From Schizochytrium sp. TIO01 (lineage: Eukaryota > Protista > Bigyra: Labyrinthulomycetes), in contig SMSO01000035.1 of NCBI GenBank assembly GCA_004764695.1, positions 3,112,040 to 3,176,039 of the forward strand: a stretch of DNA of 64,000 bases, in the 5' to 3' direction. How positions within the stretch are numbered: position 1 is the first letter of the stretch; each line of letters opens with the position of its first letter. The position numbers were made by a program, and so were the translations under genes. This document shows positions 13,008 through 26,203 of this stretch, piece by piece. Below the pieces are notes generated by a model. The model ran no database searches, had not been told where the DNA came from, and saw only the letters and a program-made list of their open reading frames with translations.

Positions 13008-14222
13008 ATGGCAAATGAATGCGGTAACACATCTCTGTTTATGCCAGACTTCTTCTCCGACTATTACCCACGCCCATGGTTGAGTATCTGCGGACAAGGT
13101 GAATGCACAGACCAGGGTGTCTGTGAGTGTGACCCGCATTGGACTGGCAAAGCTGATTTTCTCTGGACAGACGGCATTGAGTGTCAGGTAAATAACATTG
13201 CCATCAAGATCCTTTGGGCTTTTAACCTGATTGTGCTCATCGGAAACATAATCTCTGTCAAAGATGATGTCATTCTCAAACGAAGGCAGCACCATGAGGT
13301 TGTCCAGCAAAAGGGCCTTCAAGGCAAGAAATACACCCTGTGGGACAACAAGGGATATGCCGCTATCATTGTTTGGCTTGCCTTGTGTGCTCCAGGAACG
13401 TTTATTCTTGGAATCATCAAGATCTCTACCAACTCATACCGCCTTGGCCACTCCTGGGCCATGAATTTCCTATTCTTTGTCGCTAAAACTGGATTCTACT
13501 TTGGTACTTATATGTACCAGCCTCAGCTCTTGGCTACGATTCTCAAGGGTTCGCGTTCTCAAATTCGAATTGTTGAGCTTGCTAGAGCTTGGGGTCTCTT
13601 CAACTTTATTCTCTCTGAGATTGTTGCATTCCTTCCATTTCTCACCTCTGCTACCACTTCTACTGGTATTGACCACGCTGCCCAAGCCGTTTACCTCACA
13701 TACATGGTCGGCTCTGTCCTCTCAATGTTCACCGTTGGTCTTCAAGGTTTGGTTATCACCCTCAAGTTTAAAAAGATTATGAGCGGATCTCTCACGACCA
13801 AGAGTAAGTCCGCAGCTGAGGAAATCCAAAAGAAGCTCTACGGCGTGCAGAGGCAGACATACCTGCAAGCCTCTGTGCAAGGGTTCATCTATCTCTGCTT
13901 TATTTTCATCCCGTCCCTTTGGAACAAGCACGATTGGTTCCTCCCTATTAGTTGGCTTTCCTTTCACGCCCTTTTTCGGATCATGGCCAAATCTACAATT
14001 ACCACCAAGCGTCTTGGTACCTCCAGTATGGACAGCAGCAACGAGGGCTCCAAGGAGTCTTCCTTCTCTAGCTCCAAACGTGTTGATGCGTCATCCTTCG
14101 TGGTATCGCGTAACCCGCAGAGCACACAGCCTCTTACTGACTTTCATGATTTTCAAGAGAAGGCTTCAAGCTTCCATGAAGTTGTTGAGCACAAGGGGCA
14201 CGAAGAGGAAGACTACGTCTGA
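13008..14222 (+). CDS. EGF-like + 7TM receptor, paralog 2
   Basis: MANECGNT start, 6 Cys, DNKGYAA, QPQLLATILKG, NKHDWFLPISW; ends EEEDYV. Confidence 0.85.
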   Translation: MANECGNTSLFMPDFFSDYYPRPWLSICGQGECTDQGVCECDPHWTGKADFLWTDGIECQVNNIAIKILWAFNLIVLIGNIISVKDDVILKRRQHHEVVQQKGLQGKKYTLWDNKGYAAIIVWLALCAPGTFILGIIKISTNSYRLGHSWAMNFLFFVAKTGFYFGTYMYQPQLLATILKGSRSQIRIVELARAWGLFNFILSEIVAFLPFLTSATTSTGIDHAAQAVYLTYMVGSVLSMFTVGLQGLVITLKFKKIMSGSLTTKSKSAAEEIQKKLYGVQRQTYLQASVQGFIYLCFIFIPSLWNKHDWFLPISWLSFHALFRIMAKSTITTKRLGTSSMDSSNEGSKESSFSSSKRVDASSFVVSRNPQSTQPLTDFHDFQEKASSFHEVVEHKGHEEEDYV

Positions 14223-17200
14223 AATTCTGGAATATATATATACGCCGCTCGTCAACGGCCTGCTTGAAATACGTTATCAACCTCAAAACTCGCAACCTCT
14301 TTTACTGATGCTGCCTTTTGCTTTTACGTGCGCTATGTCGTCACTTATTTTACTATCTCTGCCAATTACCCTACCAATTTGTTTAAAAGCAGTACAACCT
14401 GATGTTAATCTCTGTTTATTGATCATTTTTATTCGAAATCGATTGCATTCCCTTTCTTCTTACTTAAACCCAAATGTACCTAGCAGGCCTTTGTTTTTAT
14501 ATATATTCTTTGAGGTCTTCTGCGACTCCTGCGAGAGACTCCTCATATATTTAACTAATCCCTACACATAAGTTGCAACATTATCATAATAGCTTCTGCG
14601 TATAAAACGAATAAATCAAAAATGCTTCAAGTCATCCGATTTGAACTATTGAGGCTCTCTTAGTTTTGGACTGTTCCGGAAGACACATAAATATGCGTAA
14701 CGCAAAAAAAGCAATTATCCGGGCGTGTGTTTCGCCCCCTTTTCAGAAGTTTGGTAATTCTTTCATACGACAGATTGCAAGCATGCCAGACGAAATGCTT
14801 CATCATTTGTTTATTCCATTCATAGTTCGGAGGCCATTATGTCAACATTTCGTTCCTTTGGAAACACATGTGCTCTCATCTACACGTACCAGGGTAGGTA
14901 CAAAGGTGCAACTGCTCTTGAAAGTACCTCGAATTTTTTTTCACTATGATGTAGCATGAGGGCACTCCGCCGCCAGTCGAGAAATTGTCGCATCAAGAGT
15001 TCTTAAACACAAGATCCAGGTCGCCATTCGGGTCCTCTCTGAAACCTCAAACTTCTCCTAAACCCCTGCCTGCCAAGCTGCCATTGCTGCTGCTCGGTAG
15101 TTTCCTTTTCGAAAAGGTAAGTACGAGGTACTGCCAGCCCTAAAGTCTTTGAAACTGAACCTGCCAAACCATCCATTTGTCTCATCGTTTCTCCTTCCTA
15201 GACTAAGAGAAAGCCGCATTTTGAGATGTGCACGGGTACGACATACCCTGAGAATGATGAGCGCCGCGCACTCTTGAGCTTGGGTAATTCTCCACGCTAA
15301 AACAATCACTGAGCAACATATACATATCCCGAGCATAACATCTCACGATGGCCTCCTCAAACGCAGATATATCGAAGCTGCTTCTAAAGAGTACCCTGTT
15401 CTTAAAAGTTCAAGTCGCAGGATCGTTTTGCACGACACTGTCATAGTTTTACCATACACCCTAGCCTGCGCGTGCTCTCGTATTTTCTGTATTTAAAACT
15501 ATGTAGTCCTAGTTTGTGAAGTATGTATTATGGGAGTTGGTGGTTGTGTCTCTCACCTTACTTGACCACCATGATAAAAACAACGAAGGAAGAAACCATC
15601 CCATTCCCACGTTTGGCTTTTGTAGCCCAAGTAACTTGCCCATCTCAGTTTAAAACCGGCAAGACATAGATAATGTGATGCTGCTGGGCCTAGCCAAAGT
15701 ATTAAAAAAGTAACTTTTCGTCATCATCGTGATAGTTTGCCTTTACTTTTCATTCATAATAATAATAAAAGACGTACTCTCAAATTGATCGTGATCAATT
15801 CCACCCCTTCGACGGCGATATGCATGCATCCCATCCATGTAGTTTTCGTAGCATCATTCAAACCCGAAGCTTTCCATAATGGGTTCTCGCCTCGGTCCCT
15901 TCCCCTCGCCCAGCCCATCCAGCTCCTCTTGATTTATACTTTGTGGGAGCATCTTCGATATCTGTCGTGCACACTTTATTTAGCTTGCACCCAAGTTCAG
16001 ACTCCTAGCTTAGGCCGGTTGCCTGACTGCCTCATTGGCAGGTCGCACGCTCAATATGAGACAAGGTAGACGCTACTAGTTCCCATTGCGCTGCCGTCGC
16101 AAGCCCCGCGTCGAAGGGCAGTCAAGCTATTATAGATCGGCGCGTCTAATCTGTGCAGCACGTGCACACTAAAAAGTAATACCAGCTTTGACTTCCTCCG
16201 GGTCATCAGGCTCATGAAGAGACAAATCAAAAGCGCCACACGTCCACTGATTTGCTATCATGATCACCAACATCACCACAACCTTCATCATCTCGCAAGA
16301 ACCCCGGTGGATGTTAAAACTTATTGAGGGTTCACGTGCACCTTTTCAACAGTCGCTTCACTTGAGGCGTGCGCCACTTCTTTAGAGTTGAATTCTATTG
16401 CAATAAAGTGTTCTCTTAATCTCTCTGCTCACTGGCAGCTTTCCTTTTGGTTATTCGTTCGGCTCTTCATGCACAACGGAGCGAAGAAGTGTTGGCGACT
16501 TGAAGGTTTTCTGTATCAACATTCATTTGTGACGGATAGATAGATGAGCTTGTACCTTTCCGTGCTACTCGACCAATGCCGTTTAGGGTCTGCTGCTGGC
16601 AACTTGTTTATAATAAAAGGGAGCCTGTGACCTTTCAGGTTCAAGCAACTAGACCTCGACTGCAATAGGAGTTGTTGTCCCGTCCAGTGGCAGCTTATAG
16701 AAGAGGTCTGGAATCCATAGATTCCACCAGAGTGACACAACTAAAACTATGGCGTTTGCCATCACCCTGAAATTATGATGTGTGTTGATCAGCTCGTTCG
16801 TTCGTTTGGTTGGTTGCTTGGGTCCACTCCAAGTTGATCAATTAACCTGTAAAACCAAAGGTGTGTTTGTGCGTGTGTTTGGTTTTCAGAGTATTTGCAG
16901 CTTGACGCAGAAGTGACTTCTGAACTTCTAAACGCCTGCCAGAGTAGCTAAATAGCTTGCTCAAATCATAGACCTCATAAAAAAAGCAATATATTGTTTC
17001 TAAGCTGAGCTTGAAGGAGGCTCAAGACATGACAGAGTCCAATGGTGTGAAGCTTGACTCTTTACGGATTGGTGCAACACTTTAACTCTTTGACAGATCT
17101 TATAAAAAACAAAAGAAACCTGGTACTCCTAGCAGTCATCATACTCATACCCCCGGTTTCTTTTTTTTTTTCTCCCTCTCTTTATCATCCAGTATTAATC

Positions 17201-18900
17201 TCCATGACATAAATTACCATCAAGAAATAAGTCTTGGTAGCAATGTTCCAAGTTAATCGTGATCTTCCACGGATGGCCCGGTTGCGCCACAAAGCAAGGC
17301 ATCTTGTCGCCCAATATGCATGCCCGATGAGCAATTTGAGCGAGTTTTCCGTAGACAACGCACGCACATGTCGAAGGGCTTTCATTGTCTAGTTCACAGA
17401 AACAATCCTTCCTTTCCACTTTTATTTTATATCATAGTTTCTTAGTTTTTAAGTATATATATGTGTAAAGTCTTTAAATGTTCTTTGTGGATGTTCCTCC
17501 ATCAAATCCATTCATTTAACATAAACCGATCAACATCTACTGATATAATACCTTTAATGAATCAAGACATCAACTTGTGCAATCAGGCCTAGAGCATCGT
17601 GTTCCAGCAGAGAAGTAATACCTAGTACTTTCTGAATAGAGTTACTTACCTCGAATACTTCTCCAAAACTGTACTTCACTGGGATGGATGCTTTCTTACT
17701 TCCTTCTTTTGCTAATTTCCTTTCTTCTTATTGGCTTTCTATTGAAAAACATGCCGGTTCAATAATCAAAAGTGCTAGGTTTATCCTAATAGCTCTACAG
17801 ATGCAAAACAGAAATCAAATACAGTACTATAGTGTGAGTCGTCACCAATCCTAATTCTGCATTGCCTCAAACAAAACTTTAACGGGAGCGCACGAGCCAT
17901 CTCGCGAGCAACACAGCTACTTCTTGGCGTCGTTTGCCACATACGCGGAGACCACTAAAGTTTGGCGTAGAACCTTGTCGAGTTGCCTGCAACGAGAACC
18001 GCGCTGCGTTCTCTCGCATTGCACAAAAGCAGATTCACTTTGGTTGTACCTCCTTGCACGTGCAAGGTCCTCTAGAAAGCTACCGGGTGCAACAAAGCGC
18101 AAACCAAAGCTCACAGCAAAGTTTGGAGTTGAATACAGCAGTCAGGAGCTAAACCACGACATCTCAAGGAGCTGGAGATCAACAGTGCTCTTACTCTTGC
18201 TTCGGGACACAAGAAGAGGAGGAAGTTAATATTTGCTATTGAAGTTCATAGTCACATGTGCACAACCATCACTCTCCATTGAACTCGAGAGCACCAAAAG
18301 CTAAAGACCCACCACCAAGACGCAGGTAGCAGCTGGTGCATACCACAGAATATCTGAACTCTTGATCATTTTTTTCGTTTGTTTATGCAAGGTAGGCATT
18401 GAAGAATAGGCTATAGGGTAAAGTAGTATCATTGAATAGTAGGACATTGCTGCCAAAATTGATTGTGGTAGAGCTGAGCATCTTGGCCGTGGAGAAGGTC
18501 AGCACCATACTTGCTTTAGAAAGACCGCGTTCTCGCCGAGCAGAGATCAGGCGAAGTTCCTAAAGTGAAGGCTTCGGAAATTCACTGCGCTTGCCTGTAC
18601 ACGAGATTGGCGAGGCACATCTGAAGCAGCAAACTCAGAGCATTGAAGCGTGTTCCATGCAATCGTTTGTATCCAACTAGTAGAAAAGGAAGGTAAACAA
18701 AGGCTACATCGGAGGAAGTCGAAGCAGAGGCGAAAAAAAGCAAGCAACACGGATACAAGGTTGTCTGATCGGGCGTTGGGCACGTCCGTCGATTACACGG
18801 CAGACAAGGAAAGCAAAAGTCTGGTTTTGGGCGCAGCAATATCCTTTCTCTCAAGTCAGCAGATCTTAATTAAGGTAAGATTGCAAATAAATCAGCAGGC

Positions 18901-20115
18901 ATGGTGGACTACTGTGGCAACACTGCAGAATTTCTGCCTGATTTTTTTTCTTCATACTATGAGGAGCCTTGGCTTGGGCAATGCGCCAAGGGAGCATGCG
19001 AACTTGGTGTTTGCGTTTGCAATGACGGATGGACAGGTTATGCAGACTTCATTAATACCGAGGGCATCGAGTGTCAAATCAACAATATCGTTATCAAGAT
19101 TCTGTGGGCCTTCAATCTAGTTTTTCTTCTCGTGACGGTCTTTAGCGTGCGACATGATATTGCTACCAAGCGCAACCAGCATCTTGATGTTGTCAATCAG
19201 AAAAATCTTCAAGGGAGAAAATACACTTGGTGGGATAACAAAGGTTATGCTGCAATTGTCGTTTGGCTTGCTCTGTGTTTTCCGGCTAACCTGATTCTTG
19301 CCATCATCAAGCTGGCAACCAATAACCAGCGTGTCGGTCATACTTGGGCAATGACCATTTTGTTTTTTATTGCGAAAACAGGCTTTTACTCGTCTGCCTC
19401 TATCTTTCAGCCTCAGCTTCTTGCCACCATTCTCAAAGGTTCTCGCTCTCAAACTGCTCTCGTCACAAGCGCGCGGTACTGGGGACTTGCAAATCTTATC
19501 ATTTCTGTTGTTGTTGGCATTTTACCTGTGATCACAGCCGCCGCCTCTGTTGATGGCCGCGATGCAGTGGCCCAGGGCGTCTATATTGGTTATATGGCTG
19601 GATCAGTTTTTTCCATGTTTGTCTTTGGCCTTCAAGCCATTGTGATTCACGTCCAGTTCAAGAAAATTATGGGCAGTGAACTTGCCTCCAAGTCAACGAC
19701 TCGTGCAGGTGAGATCCAAAAGAAATTGTTTCATTTTCAGAGACAAACATATTCACAGGCGGCAGTGCAGGGAGTCATCTACGCGATTTTCCTCTTTATT
19801 CCTGCGCTTTGGAACAAGCACGACTACTTTTTGCCGATTAGTTGGATCTCCTTTCATCTTCTATTCCGCAAAATGTCCACTTCAACGATTACTACAAAGA
19901 ATATTGGTGAATCTACCACTGATAGCTTGAGTAAATCCAAAGACGACAATTCTTTCTCTACCTCCAAAGTTGGTAAGGCAGAGTTTTCGTCCTTTGTCGC
20001 TACACATGGCGCACCTAGCGTTTCCTCGCCCCCCACCGATTTTCGTAGCTTTCAAGAAAAGGCCGTCAGTTTCCACGCCCCCATTCATTCTGACGATGAA
20101 GAAGAATATGTCTAA
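18901..20115 (+). CDS. EGF-like + 7TM receptor, paralog 3
   Basis: MVDYCGNT start; same length (404 aa) and motifs as paralog 2; ends DEEEYV. Confidence 0.85.
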   Translation: MVDYCGNTAEFLPDFFSSYYEEPWLGQCAKGACELGVCVCNDGWTGYADFINTEGIECQINNIVIKILWAFNLVFLLVTVFSVRHDIATKRNQHLDVVNQKNLQGRKYTWWDNKGYAAIVVWLALCFPANLILAIIKLATNNQRVGHTWAMTILFFIAKTGFYSSASIFQPQLLATILKGSRSQTALVTSARYWGLANLIISVVVGILPVITAAASVDGRDAVAQGVYIGYMAGSVFSMFVFGLQAIVIHVQFKKIMGSELASKSTTRAGEIQKKLFHFQRQTYSQAAVQGVIYAIFLFIPALWNKHDYFLPISWISFHLLFRKMSTSTITTKNIGESTTDSLSKSKDDNSFSTSKVGKAEFSSFVATHGAPSVSSPPTDFRSFQEKAVSFHAPIHSDDEEEYV

Positions 20116-21789
20116 AGGCAGATGTACATGGGCCTGAGAGATCGGCAATTTACATTTTTTTTCTGATTACTTCTAGCGTGTTGATAGATTTTGAGGCTTC
20201 CTAGCCAACGTGCAAATATACTATGATGTTTATGTGTTTTCCTCCTTCTAGTTCTCGTACCTTGTTTTATTTTGGTTTTCTAGAAATAGTGCAATGCACA
20301 CATTGTTGAGTCAGCTAGGATACAGCCAGAGATGGATGATAAGTCTGTTTTTGACTCGAATTTCGAAAGGGCGGATAAGTTGGCATTGACTATAGATCAA
20401 TATCTGGGAAGTACAACTTTGTACAAACCACTTTTGAGTGCAGCATCACGGAATGGACATTCATAGGCGGGGGAAATGATGTTTCTTTGAATGTGAAGGT
20501 CGCGCGATCTCTGGGCGGCTTGCATTCGCGACGAAGATATTCTGAACTGACTCTGAAAGCACTGGGCGATAATATTTGTTCTGAGAAAATGTTTAGATTT
20601 ATGTGTTGACACGCGTTTGAGTAGTTGTGTATTCTGTAAATCTACTCTCGATTCCCTATTACTCGATCCATCCTTCCCTTATTGCTCTGGAACTATAAAC
20701 TCACCCTGCTCACGCTGCTCTTTGGAATGTCAACTGGCGAACGCTATCTCCCAAAACTATGCAAAGCTGTTCGGCCCATGGAATTGATTTGAGTTCTAAC
20801 GACTATCCTAAGTTGTAACATGTTGATGGTCTTGGCTCTGTTTTGAAGTATATTCTGCCCAAATCTTCCACCGAAAAGAAGATATTATATTCAGAGGAAT
20901 TAGTCCTCAATTGAGTACTAGTAAGAGTTAGCGTCCATCAGTGGAGATGCTGAAGACGAGCATGAGCAAGGCAAGCGCAGAGACATCGACAAATAAAAAA
21001 AGAAAAGATTAAAAAAATGGATGTAGATCGCGTGTTGATGATAAGTTTGGATTCATGCAGTACCGCAGCCAGTAACTTGGTTTCCTCTAGTTTGGTATAA
21101 AGGGGCATAGCACCTTAGATTAAGGTGGTGTCGTACTAATCCAGTTCTGGCTTTAATTGCAAGTTAATGATCACCAAGAGTTAACGTCGGTAGAGAGATT
21201 AAGGGAAAAAATAATCAGAATAAAAAAAACAATTCATTGAATAATTTGCAGTAGAGTTATGCTTAAGTTATATTTGTCCAGTTTGTAACCAACTCATTGT
21301 TCGTTTTCCCAGTACTATCTTTCTAGGTGTTGGTTCTAACGAAGTAATTGATCAAATAATTTTTGTTGTAAGTACATATTGTGAACCCTAGGAGAAAGAG
21401 AAAGAGGATAATATTATGTTATTTGGGTTTCGGGTCTAGATACAGGCAAGATGAATGTATCATCTCTGACTTAAGAATAACAGACAGGAGAGCTAGGTGA
21501 GGTGAGGTTAGACACTTAGCTTTATATTACTCCACTAGATATCAACACGATGCCTTGGCCATATCAAGAAAAATAAATATCCAACTTAAACTCTAGCTGC
21601 AAAATGACTCAACGAGAATATTTCAAAATGGACGAGTGAACTCTGCCTTCGCCTCGAGTCAAGAGTCCATTTGCCTCATAATTGACTCCTCTTATCTCAA
21701 TTTCACTGAGAGTCAACTTCACCAGCATAAGTACTTACTTGTGTTACAACAGGCTAGACCACAGTTACGGTCGTTTACGGTCAATCTGG

Positions 21790-21808
21790 GCGCTCTCAGG
21801 AATTGATA
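21790..21808 (+). promoter_or_regulatory. Conserved upstream element GCGCTCTCAGRAATTGAT of FG-repeat gene A
   Basis: The same motif recurs at 25617-25636 and 29651-29671, upstream of genes B and C. Confidence 0.5.
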
Positions 21809-22355
21809 CTACTATCTGCTAGTAGTGTTCAATAGTGTGCAATACTTATTAGACTATGAAGTTAAAGTTTTTATTTAAAAAACTGAAGATCGTGATACTA
21901 GTAGGAAGATGAAAAGATGGACCAGCTCTTCTTATTTAAGGCTTAGAATACCTTCTAAAAGCGCGGCTCATCACGAAACAGCTTTGAGAAGCAAACACCC
22001 AACTCCTTGACAGACACACAGAAACTAAGATAGTAAGATAAGGTTAAAGGTTGGAGAGGCAAGAAGATTGTTCTAGATAAATAATTGCTTAGATCCGGGG
22101 GAAGGTTTCTAGAGGACAACTTTTGTTTTCTAGATTAAAGTGATCGACGTGGGTAAGATACCATTCAAGGGTATCTTACTACAGAACCAAGGAAGAAGAT
22201 TAATCAGAGTATATCTGACTCGACACGTATCTACGACTCGAAGACGTCTAATCTGAAAGCCGTGGTCAGCTAGGCTTGCAATCTGCATTTTTCCTTTTCT
22301 GAGTTCCTGACACTTTGTAGAAGAATTAGAATCGCAGAACCTGGATATAAGTATA

Positions 22356-24213
22356 ATGATTGCTCAAAACGAAAACCATTGCTTCAGCACTGGACAAAAG
22401 AAGGTTATTCCTACGGGAAAAGCGTGTATTGAAAAGCATGGTAGGATCAAGTTAGTTCCTTCCAGTTTTCCATCTGAACAGCCATCTAAGTCTGAGCTGG
22501 AAGTGTTGAGAACCCCATCTAAGATAGCAAGCTTCACAGATGGGCATCCAACCGAGACTAAACTAGTTTCATCTAAGCCTCCGAGCTTCCCGCTTGAATT
22601 TTCGTTTGAGACTAAATCAGTCCTATCTGAGACATCAAGCCTTTTTTCAATTGGAAAGTCTGCAACTCCGTCTAAGTCTACATCTGGAAATTTACTTAAA
22701 TCTGGAGGCCCTATACTCGCAGGATCCCAGTTTGGACTATCTCCATCTGGACATTCATCCAAGAGTACATCAGTTTCCATCTGAGACGTCGGGTTTTTCA
22801 TTTGGGGAATCCCAAAGTTCGCCTAAGACGTCTAACTTTTCGTTTGGCGAGTCCAAATCCCAGTCTATGTCTTCGAGTTCTGCATTTGGATCTTTGTCCA
22901 AGACTACACCTGCATTATTTCAAAATTCAGGTTTCTCGTTTGGTGAGTCTAAACTTACACCTGAGCCTTCGTGCTCTACATCTGGACATTCATCCGAGAG
23001 TACATCAGTTTCATCTAAGATTCCGGGTTTTCCGTTCGTGGAATCCAAAACTTCGATGAAGCCGTCTGGCTCTTCGTTTGATAAGCTCAAAGCTCCATCC
23101 AAGCCTTCGAGCTCTGCATTTGGAGCTTTGCCCGAGCCTACACCCGTCTTATCTAAAACTTCAGGTTTCTCATTTGGTGAGTCCAAACCTCCACCTGAGC
23201 CTCCGTGCTCTATATCTGGACAATCGTCTGAGACTGAAGCAGTCCCTTCTGAGACTTCGCGTTTCTCATTTAGAGTATTCGAAGCTCCATCGAAACCGCC
23301 GGGCCTTTCAATTGGAGAGTCTAAAACCTCCCCTAAGCCGTCGGGTTTCTCATTCGGGAAATCCAATAGTTCGCCTAAGACGTCTGGGTTTTCGTTTGGC
23401 GAGTTCAAAGCCCCGTCTACCCCTTCGAGCTCTGGAGCTGAACCTTTGTTCAAGACTACACCCGTCTTATCTGAGACTTCAGGTTTCTCATTTGGTGAGT
23501 CTAAACTTACACCTGAGCCTTCGTGCTCTACATCTGGACATTCATCCGAGAGTACATCAGTTTCATCTAAGATTCCGGGTTTTCCGTTCGTGGAATCCAA
23601 AACTTCGATGAAGCCGTCTGGCTCTTCGTTTGATAAGCTCAAAGCTCCATCCAAGCCTTCGAGCTCTGCATTTGGAGCTTTGCCCGAGCCTACACCCGTC
23701 TTATCTAAAACTTCAGGTTTCTCATTTGGTGAGTCCAAACCTCCGCCTGAGCCTCCGTGCTCTATATCTGGACAATCGTCTGAGACTGAAGCAGTCCCCT
23801 CTGAGACTTCGCGTTTCTCATTTAGAGTATTCGAAGCTCCATCGAAACCGCCGGGCCTTTCAATTGGAGAGTCTAAAACCTCCCCTAAGCCGTCGGGTTT
23901 CTCATTCGGGAAATCCAATAGTTCGCCTAAGACGTCTGGGTTTTCGTTTGGCGAGTTCAAAGCCCCGTCTACCCCTTCGAGCTCTGGAGCTGAACCTTTG
24001 TTCAAGACTACACCCGTCTTATCTGAGACTTCAGGTTTCTCATTTGGTGGGTCCAAGTCTCAATCTAAGCATTCCTGTTCTACATCTGGACATTCATCCG
24101 AGAGTACATCAGTTTCATCTGAGACTTCGGGTTTCCTATTTGGGAAACCCCAAAGCTCGCCTAAGCCGTTAGGTTTCTCATTGGGTAAAAAAACTTCTAA
24201 TAAGGTGACATAA
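22356..24213 (+). pseudogene. FG-repeat gene A (GFSFG repeats), split by a 1-bp insertion; no RING visible
   Basis: ORFs 22356-22784 and 22594-24213 join if one C is removed at ~22777 (cagtttCcatctgag vs cagtttcatctgag in the sister repeat at ~24110). N-terminus MIAQNE..ACIEK..PSSFPSEQPS..LRTPS resembles the 71-aa repeat of gene C. Confidence 0.65.
22926..24049 (+). repeat. Near-perfect 552-bp (184-codon) tandem duplication inside gene A
   Basis: Units start at ~22926 and ~23478, with a partial third at ~24030; only a few substitutions seen by eye. Confidence 0.92.
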
Positions 24214-25616
24214 AAGAGGTGCGCTAAGTAGGGATTGTGAAGACTCGGGAAAGCGACTACTTCCTTAAATTGATGTTAAAATGTACAGCTCGGAGGCTTA
24301 TACTCGGTTTGGGTCATCCCAGATTGAGCATTAACTGCTGTAAGCTCTACATTAAACGTACTGGAGTACTTTGTGTCTTCAAAGATTTTGTTGACGGGTA
24401 GTCTTATAATAAGATTAATAAATTCATTAGAAATCTTGTATCGCATGCCTTGAATACTGTTTAGGTCTAGACCAGTGCTGCTAATTTTAAAAGCTTGGTA
24501 GAGCTATTGCAAAAGCAACTTTAAAAAAATAGACGCGGCTGCGCAGTCTAATCTGGGCAGTGCTGACTGTGACCTGTTTCAAAGCTCACATAGTAAGTGG
24601 TCATCAACAGTGGGACAGGGCGTGCATGTGCCTCGCTCCATCTGTGTGCGGTGCACTTTCAGGCTCACTTCAAATTCAACAAACATATAGGTTAGATTAA
24701 ATTAGGAATCATAGCTAATAAATCATGAAACATAGTTCGAACTATTTCGCCTTGATGCTCCCTTTTGAGATAAGGCGTTTGGCTCACTCGTCTACTTCTT
24801 TTTTACTTTCATCACAACGCCTTATCGTGGAAACTGACCAGGGTCTCTCTAAGACTGATATTTCTATTACTGCGAGGTAAGTTTTAGGAGATGATTTTAC
24901 ATGTCCTGATGCACGTAGAAATACCTATAAGACAATCTCTATTATGTAAACAACAGATATTTATTATATTTTTTCAATCATTGCGATTCTTTGGTCTCTG
25001 CTTTCTTCGAAAAGCTCTCCCCTAAAGTGCTTGGGCCATACAATTTATTGTGTGTATTTCTCAATATCTCGGCCTTTTCCGTACTAAATCGCTGTCATTT
25101 GAATTCCAATCTTTTGAGACCTACCTTTTTCCTATTTCCGAAACAGTCATAACTACTATTTCTCTCGTCACTTTGTTCCATCTCTTCCTGCAATATAGTC
25201 TCCAGATATATAAGCTAAGGGCAGAGGGGCCATTCAAGCAGAGAACATTTGGCTCAAAGCAAATAAACAATGCTGTGCAGTTGCCTTCTTTTCTTATAAC
25301 AATTAAATCCACTTTCTAACTTCCCCCGTCCAGTTTAGAAAGATTAGATTAATGGAAGTTTCAAACAGTTAGTCATAAAAGTATCACATTCAAGATATTT
25401 TATAAAAGCTCTCCCCAGTGCAGTTAGCGCTGTTTTAGAAAAAAAATAGTTCTTGAACTATTACTATTACCTCTTGCTCGGGTCGCAAAGCCATCTCTTA
25501 TAGTTTTACACCACCACTGAATTCACTCTCTTAGTTTATTCAATCACTTGATGAATCCATTTAATCAGAACTGGTACTTGCATCGCTGCAGTTTATGATC
25601 AATCAAGCTGTTCTTA

Positions 25617-25636
25617 GAGCGCTCTCAGAAATTGAT
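25617..25636 (+). promoter_or_regulatory. Conserved upstream element of FG-repeat gene B
   Basis: gagcgctctcagaaattgat, identical to the copy at 29651. Confidence 0.5.
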
Positions 25637-26203
25637 GCACCTTGCTAGTAGTATATAGTACGTAGGTACTTTATTGGATTAAAAAAATATATTTAAAAAA
25701 ACAAAAAAAAAAAACAAGTTGATCCACTAATTTGTGGCGCGGATCATTATGAAACGGTTTCCTCATGACAGACAAGCAAATATAGAGGATCTGGACGAAG
25801 ATTACAGAGACATAAGTTTTACTCTGCAGAAATACTCGCTCAGAACCGTACGGAAGAAGCTAGAGAACGACGAGTTTTTGTTTTCTGGGATACATAATAC
25901 TCTATTATTAGAGGAGAAGTTTAATTGAAATACCTCTGCCTGGACAGACGCGATAAACTAGAATTACCTTGACCTGAAAGTTGAAGCAAAGTAGCATTTG
26001 CAAAGCCCTCTCGAGCACGTTTGATCTATCAGCGCAGCAGCTTTAAAAGAAAGTGGAAGAACTGCATTCGGGTGTAATCTTCGGTTACCATGAGACGTTT
26101 GGCTCTAGGACAAGACAAGAGAGAAGAATCTCAGCAAGGATCGTCAGAGGAACAAGCAGCCTGAATGGATTTAATTTTAATTTTAATTTTAATGATGAAC
26201 AAC

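Noticed and set aside
22364-24172. Antisense and alternative-frame ORFs over gene A (also 31815-32432 and 31928-32323 over gene C)
   Set aside because: By-products of in-frame repeats, with no domain signal.
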